From assembly GCA_910578095.1 (NCBI GenBank), contig CAJTOZ010000012.1, forward strand, positions 4,269-68,268: a stretch of 64,000 nucleotides of DNA, written 5' to 3'. The translations under genes were made by a program, and so were the position numbers. This document shows positions 60,621 through 64,000 of the stretch, in pieces. This DNA is from an uncultured Muribaculaceae bacterium (GTDB lineage: Bacteria > Bacteroidota > Bacteroidia > Bacteroidales > Muribaculaceae). Each line of letters begins with the position of its first letter. Position 1 is the stretch's first letter. The notes beneath the pieces are model-generated. The model did no database searches, was not told the DNA's origin, and was given only the letters and a program-made list of their open reading frames with translations.

Positions 60621-62882
60621 TTATTTCTTGCTGTCTTTTACTTTAAATTTTTTAAGCGCACCGGATGTGGCCGCGGGACGCACCCGGGTGCCGTTTATAC
60701 CGACAGTGGCGGCGGGGGTGCGGAGGGAGAAGTTGAGCGCGGGCTGACCGTTGACGTGCAGCTGCGGATTGGCTCCGCGGATGTCGGATGCAAGCATGTT
60801 GAGTTTGGAGAGGGATGAGAAATGCACGTCGGCATCGCGGCGCAGGGAGCTGCCGTGGATAAGGGCTATGTCGCTGCCGCCATCGGAAACGGCGAGCATG
60901 TATGCGTCGGTGGTCCAGCCGTCGGCTTCGATCCATGAGTTAAGGTGCATGAGGCGTCCGTCGGCCAGCTGGTTGATATAGAGGTCGGTCTCTTTTCCGT
61001 CCTGCTTGATGTGGAGGCCTATCCAGTTTTTGCCTTCGCGGCGTGTGATCTCCACAGCTGCGGGGTCGTCGAGAATGATGGCCGTAACGGCTTTGACGCG
61101 GTCGGTGTGGGCGGGAAGGTGCAGGCTCCAGTATTGCTCGGTGGCCTTGAGATCTTCGGTGGGCGCTTCGTGGATGTCCCACCACAGCATCTCGGGATAG
61201 TCGTGAACAAAATTGCTGGGTGCGAGGGGCTCGGGATAGAGGGGCCGGATGGTGGCGCGTGCCTGGCCATTGGTGATCTCTATGTCGCCGCCGCGCTTGC
61301 GCACATCGCCGTTTGGATGCCAGAGCCATTGCCATGTGCCGGGATGGTGGCTGTGGAGGTCGTCGATGACGAGTATGACTTTTCCGAGCCAGAGATAGTG
61401 GCGCTGGTTTCTGGAGAGGAGGTGTGACATGGGCCCGGTGCCGTCGGCCATGATGTATTTCGTGTGGCCGCCGTCGAGCATATTGTGGAGCGATCCGGGC
61501 AGCGACGCGCCGTGGTACTGCTGGTACTGCGGCTGACCTTCGCCGTTGAATTTCACAATATTATGGGCGTCGCTCTGGAAGAAGTAGTTGCGATATTCAG
61601 GCTTGCCGTAGGAGCAGTTGCCGGCGTCCTTTATAATGTCGACGCCTTTGTGGAAGAGGATGAGGGAGTTGGCATCGGCGTGAGAGTGGTTCCACGTGGC
61701 TCCGCTCTTGACGGCGAGCATGGTAGCGTCGGGCTTCCAGGAATCGCGCATGGTGGCCCATCCGAAATCGGACCACATCTTGGACAGAGGCATGGATGGC
61801 TCGGCGGGAGCATCGGAGAGGTCGGGGGTATAGAGGAGGCCCATTGGGAATGTGACGGGCATGCCTTCGCGGTGCTGTCCGGGCTCTATGCGGGTGGCAT
61901 ACCATAATGTGGCGGGATCCTTGACACCCATGGCGTAGGCGAGCAGCATGGAGCTTTCGCCGGTGACGTTTTTGTGGCTGTCGCCGAAGTTGATGCTGTG
62001 CAACTGTCCGGTGCGGGGATAGCACACATGGGCGAAGAAATCGGGCAGAAGCTCCATCTGTGGTATCGGCTCAAGCTTGGCTCCGGGGTGTGAGTTGAGC
62101 CACGCCATGCGCAGCAGAAGGGCTTCGGTGATGCCGAAGCTGGCGTAGTTGATGCTCTCGTACATGCCACCGGCGCGGTCGAATGTGCGAGGTTTCTGCT
62201 GTATGGCATCGCCGGCAAACTCAAACCACTCGGGAAGGGCCTCTACCGCCTGCTGCGCGGCAGAGGCAGCCTCGGGCAGTTCATTGGATATGGCGAGAGC
62301 AAGGAGGCCACCCATGCCTACACATGATGTCCACCAGTTGTGGCCCATGGAGTTGAGGGAGTGTATGCGCGCGGGGTCGAGCAGCCAGTCGCCCAGAAGC
62401 GGCTCGGCGGCGAGGCGCCATACACCGCGCGCGATGGTGGCGCGGTCGGCCGGGCTGAGACGGTGGTAAACGGCATCGTAGGCCAGGGCTATCTGGAACG
62501 CGCGGTGTGCCATCTGCAGCTCGCTACGCCACTGTGGGTCGCGCGCCATCATTTCCTTGTCGGCCCAGGATGGAATGGCGGCGATGTCGAGCAGCATGGT
62601 GCGCAGCTTGTCGGCATATTTGTCCTGGCCGGTCCACTGATAGGCGAGCGCGAGATACTCCATGCGGCGCACGTCGTTGCGTGCGAGCAGATCGTCGGCC
62701 TGCGCGATGATGTCCCGTGCGGCGGCGGCCCGCAGGGTGTCGGTGCGCGCCATTTTTTTCGCGGCCTCCACGCGCTCGGGCGTGAAGAGCAGTGAGGGAT
62801 GCGAGATGCCCCGGGCGGAGAGCGCCGCTGCCGAAAGCATCATGGCCGCAAGCGGCAATATGATGTTTTTGCGGAAGTTCAT
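60621..62882 (-). CDS. Heparinase II/III-like polysaccharide lyase, signal peptide
   Basis: HPSLLFT, YDAVY, HNWW, ESINY, NFGD, NHSHADANS, D.G...Y, AHN: alpha/alpha toroid plus beta-sandwich organisation. Confidence 0.82.
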   Translation of the reverse strand: MNFRKNIILPLAAMMLSAAALSARGISHPSLLFTPERVEAAKKMARTDTLRAAAARDIIAQADDLLARNDVRRMEYLALAYQWTGQDKYADKLRTMLLDIAAIPSWADKEMMARDPQWRSELQMAHRAFQIALAYDAVYHRLSPADRATIARGVWRLAAEPLLGDWLLDPARIHSLNSMGHNWWTSCVGMGGLLALAISNELPEAASAAQQAVEALPEWFEFAGDAIQQKPRTFDRAGGMYESINYASFGITEALLLRMAWLNSHPGAKLEPIPQMELLPDFFAHVCYPRTGQLHSINFGDSHKNVTGESSMLLAYAMGVKDPATLWYATRIEPGQHREGMPVTFPMGLLYTPDLSDAPAEPSMPLSKMWSDFGWATMRDSWKPDATMLAVKSGATWNHSHADANSLILFHKGVDIIKDAGNCSYGKPEYRNYFFQSDAHNIVKFNGEGQPQYQQYHGASLPGSLHNMLDGGHTKYIMADGTGPMSHLLSRNQRHYLWLGKVILVIDDLHSHHPGTWQWLWHPNGDVRKRGGDIEITNGQARATIRPLYPEPLAPSNFVHDYPEMLWWDIHEAPTEDLKATEQYWSLHLPAHTDRVKAVTAIILDDPAAVEITRREGKNWIGLHIKQDGKETDLYINQLADGRLMHLNSWIEADGWTTDAYMLAVSDGGSDIALIHGSSLRRDADVHFSSLSKLNMLASDIRGANPQLHVNGQPALNFSLRTPAATVGINGTRVRPAATSGALKKFKVKDSKK

Positions 62883-62909
62883 AATAAATAGCTTAATTTT
62901 GTATCGTTA

Positions 62910-62941
62910 AATTCGCATGCAAAAGCAAAATTACTTAATCG
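62910..62941 (-). promoter_or_regulatory. Bipartite motif copy 4 upstream of the lyase
   Basis: Plus strand AATTCGCA-N14-TACTTAATCG, 28 bp upstream of ATG 62882. Confidence 0.65.
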
Positions 62942-62980
62942 TTAGTAAATAATCGTAGTGAACACGTATTAAATATTGCA

Positions 62981-64000
62981 ATGGAGAACAAAGACTATAC
63001 AATGGCCGAGGCTATCCGCGAAGCGAAGCGCTGCCTTAACTGCAAGGTGCCGCAGTGCCGCAAAGGATGCCCGGTGGAGAACGACATACCATCCTGGATC
63101 CATGAATTGTCGATGGGCAACATGGGCAACGCGATGGCCATCATAAACATGCGCAGCAATCTGCCGGCTGTGTGCGGCCGTGTGTGCGCCCACGAGCGCC
63201 AGTGCGAAGGGCACTGTGTCCTCGGGAAGAAGGGCGAGCACATAAATATAGGTAAGCTGGAGCGTTTTGTTTCGGACTTCGACAGCGATATGGCCCTCAC
63301 ACGCGAGAATATAGTGCAGAAGGACCGCGGGCGCGTGGCTGTGATAGGCAGCGGGCCGGCGGGCCTCACGATAGCGGGCGAGCTGGCACGCAAGGGTGTG
63401 GCTGTGGAGATAATAGAGATGGAGCGCGAGGCGGGGGGTGTGCTGATGTTCGGCATACCCGAGTACCGTCTGCCCAAAGAGGTTGTGCGCAAGGAGATAA
63501 AGAAGATAGAACAGCTCGGTGTGGCTATCCACTGCAATCTCACAGTGGGGCGCGACCTGACGGTGGACGATCTTTTCGCGCGCGGCTTCGACGCCATCTT
63601 CATGGGTACGGGCGCAGGCAAGCCCAAACGGCTCGAGGTGCCCGGCGCCGACCTGAACGGTGTGCGCTACGCGCTGTGGTTTCTGCGTCGTGTGAGCCTG
63701 TGGCGCGAGGGTTTCATAGCCCGCAACGAGGTGCCTGTGGGCGAAGGCGACAGGGTGTTTGTGGTGGGCTGCGGCAACACCGCCATCGATGCCGCACGCA
63801 CGTCGGTGCGCCTCGGGGCTGCCGAGGTGACCATACTGTATCACCGCGGCATCGACCGCATGGCCGCGCTGCGCTCGGAGTATGACGACGCTGTGAGCGA
63901 GGGCGTGAAGTTCCGCTGGAACACGTCGATCAAGAGTATCCACGGCACGGACGGAAAACTGGACGCTCTGGTGCTCGATACGCCTGAGGGCGATGTGGAG
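62981..64000 (+). CDS. GltD/SudA-like Fe-S flavoprotein NAD(P)H oxidoreductase, truncated by the window edge
   Basis: Manual translation: EAKRCLNCKVPQCRKGCP, AVCGRVCAHERQCEGHC, VAVIGSGPAG, GIPEYRLP, VVGCGNTAID; absent from the ORF track because there is no stop in the window. Confidence 0.88.
   Translation, partial: MENKDYTMAEAIREAKRCLNCKVPQCRKGCPVENDIPSWIHELSMGNMGNAMAIINMRSNLPAVCGRVCAHERQCEGHCVLGKKGEHINIGKLERFVSDFDSDMALTRENIVQKDRGRVAVIGSGPAGLTIAGELARKGVAVEIIEMEREAGGVLMFGIPEYRLPKEVVRKEIKKIEQLGVAIHCNLTVGRDLTVDDLFARGFDAIFMGTGAGKPKRLEVPGADLNGVRYALWFLRRVSLWREGFIARNEVPVGEGDRVFVVGCGNTAIDAARTSVRLGAAEVTILYHRGIDRMAALRSEYDDAVSEGVKFRWNTSIKSIHGTDGKLDALVLDTPEGDVE

Noticed and set aside
62969..63943. Minus-strand ORFs of 324 and 210 aa
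   Set aside because: Shadows of the plus-strand GltD/SudA-like gene starting at 62981, which has clear Fe-S and dinucleotide-binding motifs.

Overview
This is a high-GC Bacteroidales chromosome segment, probably Muribaculaceae-like, judging from the TAnnTTTG promoters, two SusC/SusD pairs and T9SS-type C-terminal tails. From left to right it carries: (i) a GH2 beta-galactosidase and a GH51 arabinofuranosidase; (ii) a tyrosine recombinase next to two tandem-duplicated secreted SEL1-repeat genes with near-identical N-termini and divergent repeat arrays; (iii) a complete beta-mannan PUL of about 25 kb (AGE epimerase, MFS, GH130, 2xGH26, 2 SGBPs, SusD/C, CE7, GH5 mannanase, SASA esterase, GH5 glucanase, ManA, GH36) with a divergent AraC regulator; (iv) a housekeeping block (M48 peptidase, galM, rnz, tadA, lpxB); (v) a second PUL for an unidentified uronic-acid polysaccharide (two T9SS-type proteins, alginate-lyase-family lipoprotein, Ig lipoprotein, SusD/C, an ECF sigma with no adjacent anti-sigma, a kinase-less propeller-AraC sensor, GH88, an atypical GH97, a heparinase II/III-like lyase); (vi) a truncated GltD/SudA-like oxidoreductase. 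Non-coding signals read directly from the sequence are a fixed-spacing bipartite motif upstream of four PUL-2 transcription units (candidate ECF promoter), six copies of a REP-doublet/MITE-like element, a 75-bp tandem array with a sigma-A promoter consensus in every unit, a candidate AraC operator family, and an apparent switch in strand compositional bias. All product calls come from recognising motifs by eye; no database searches were run.
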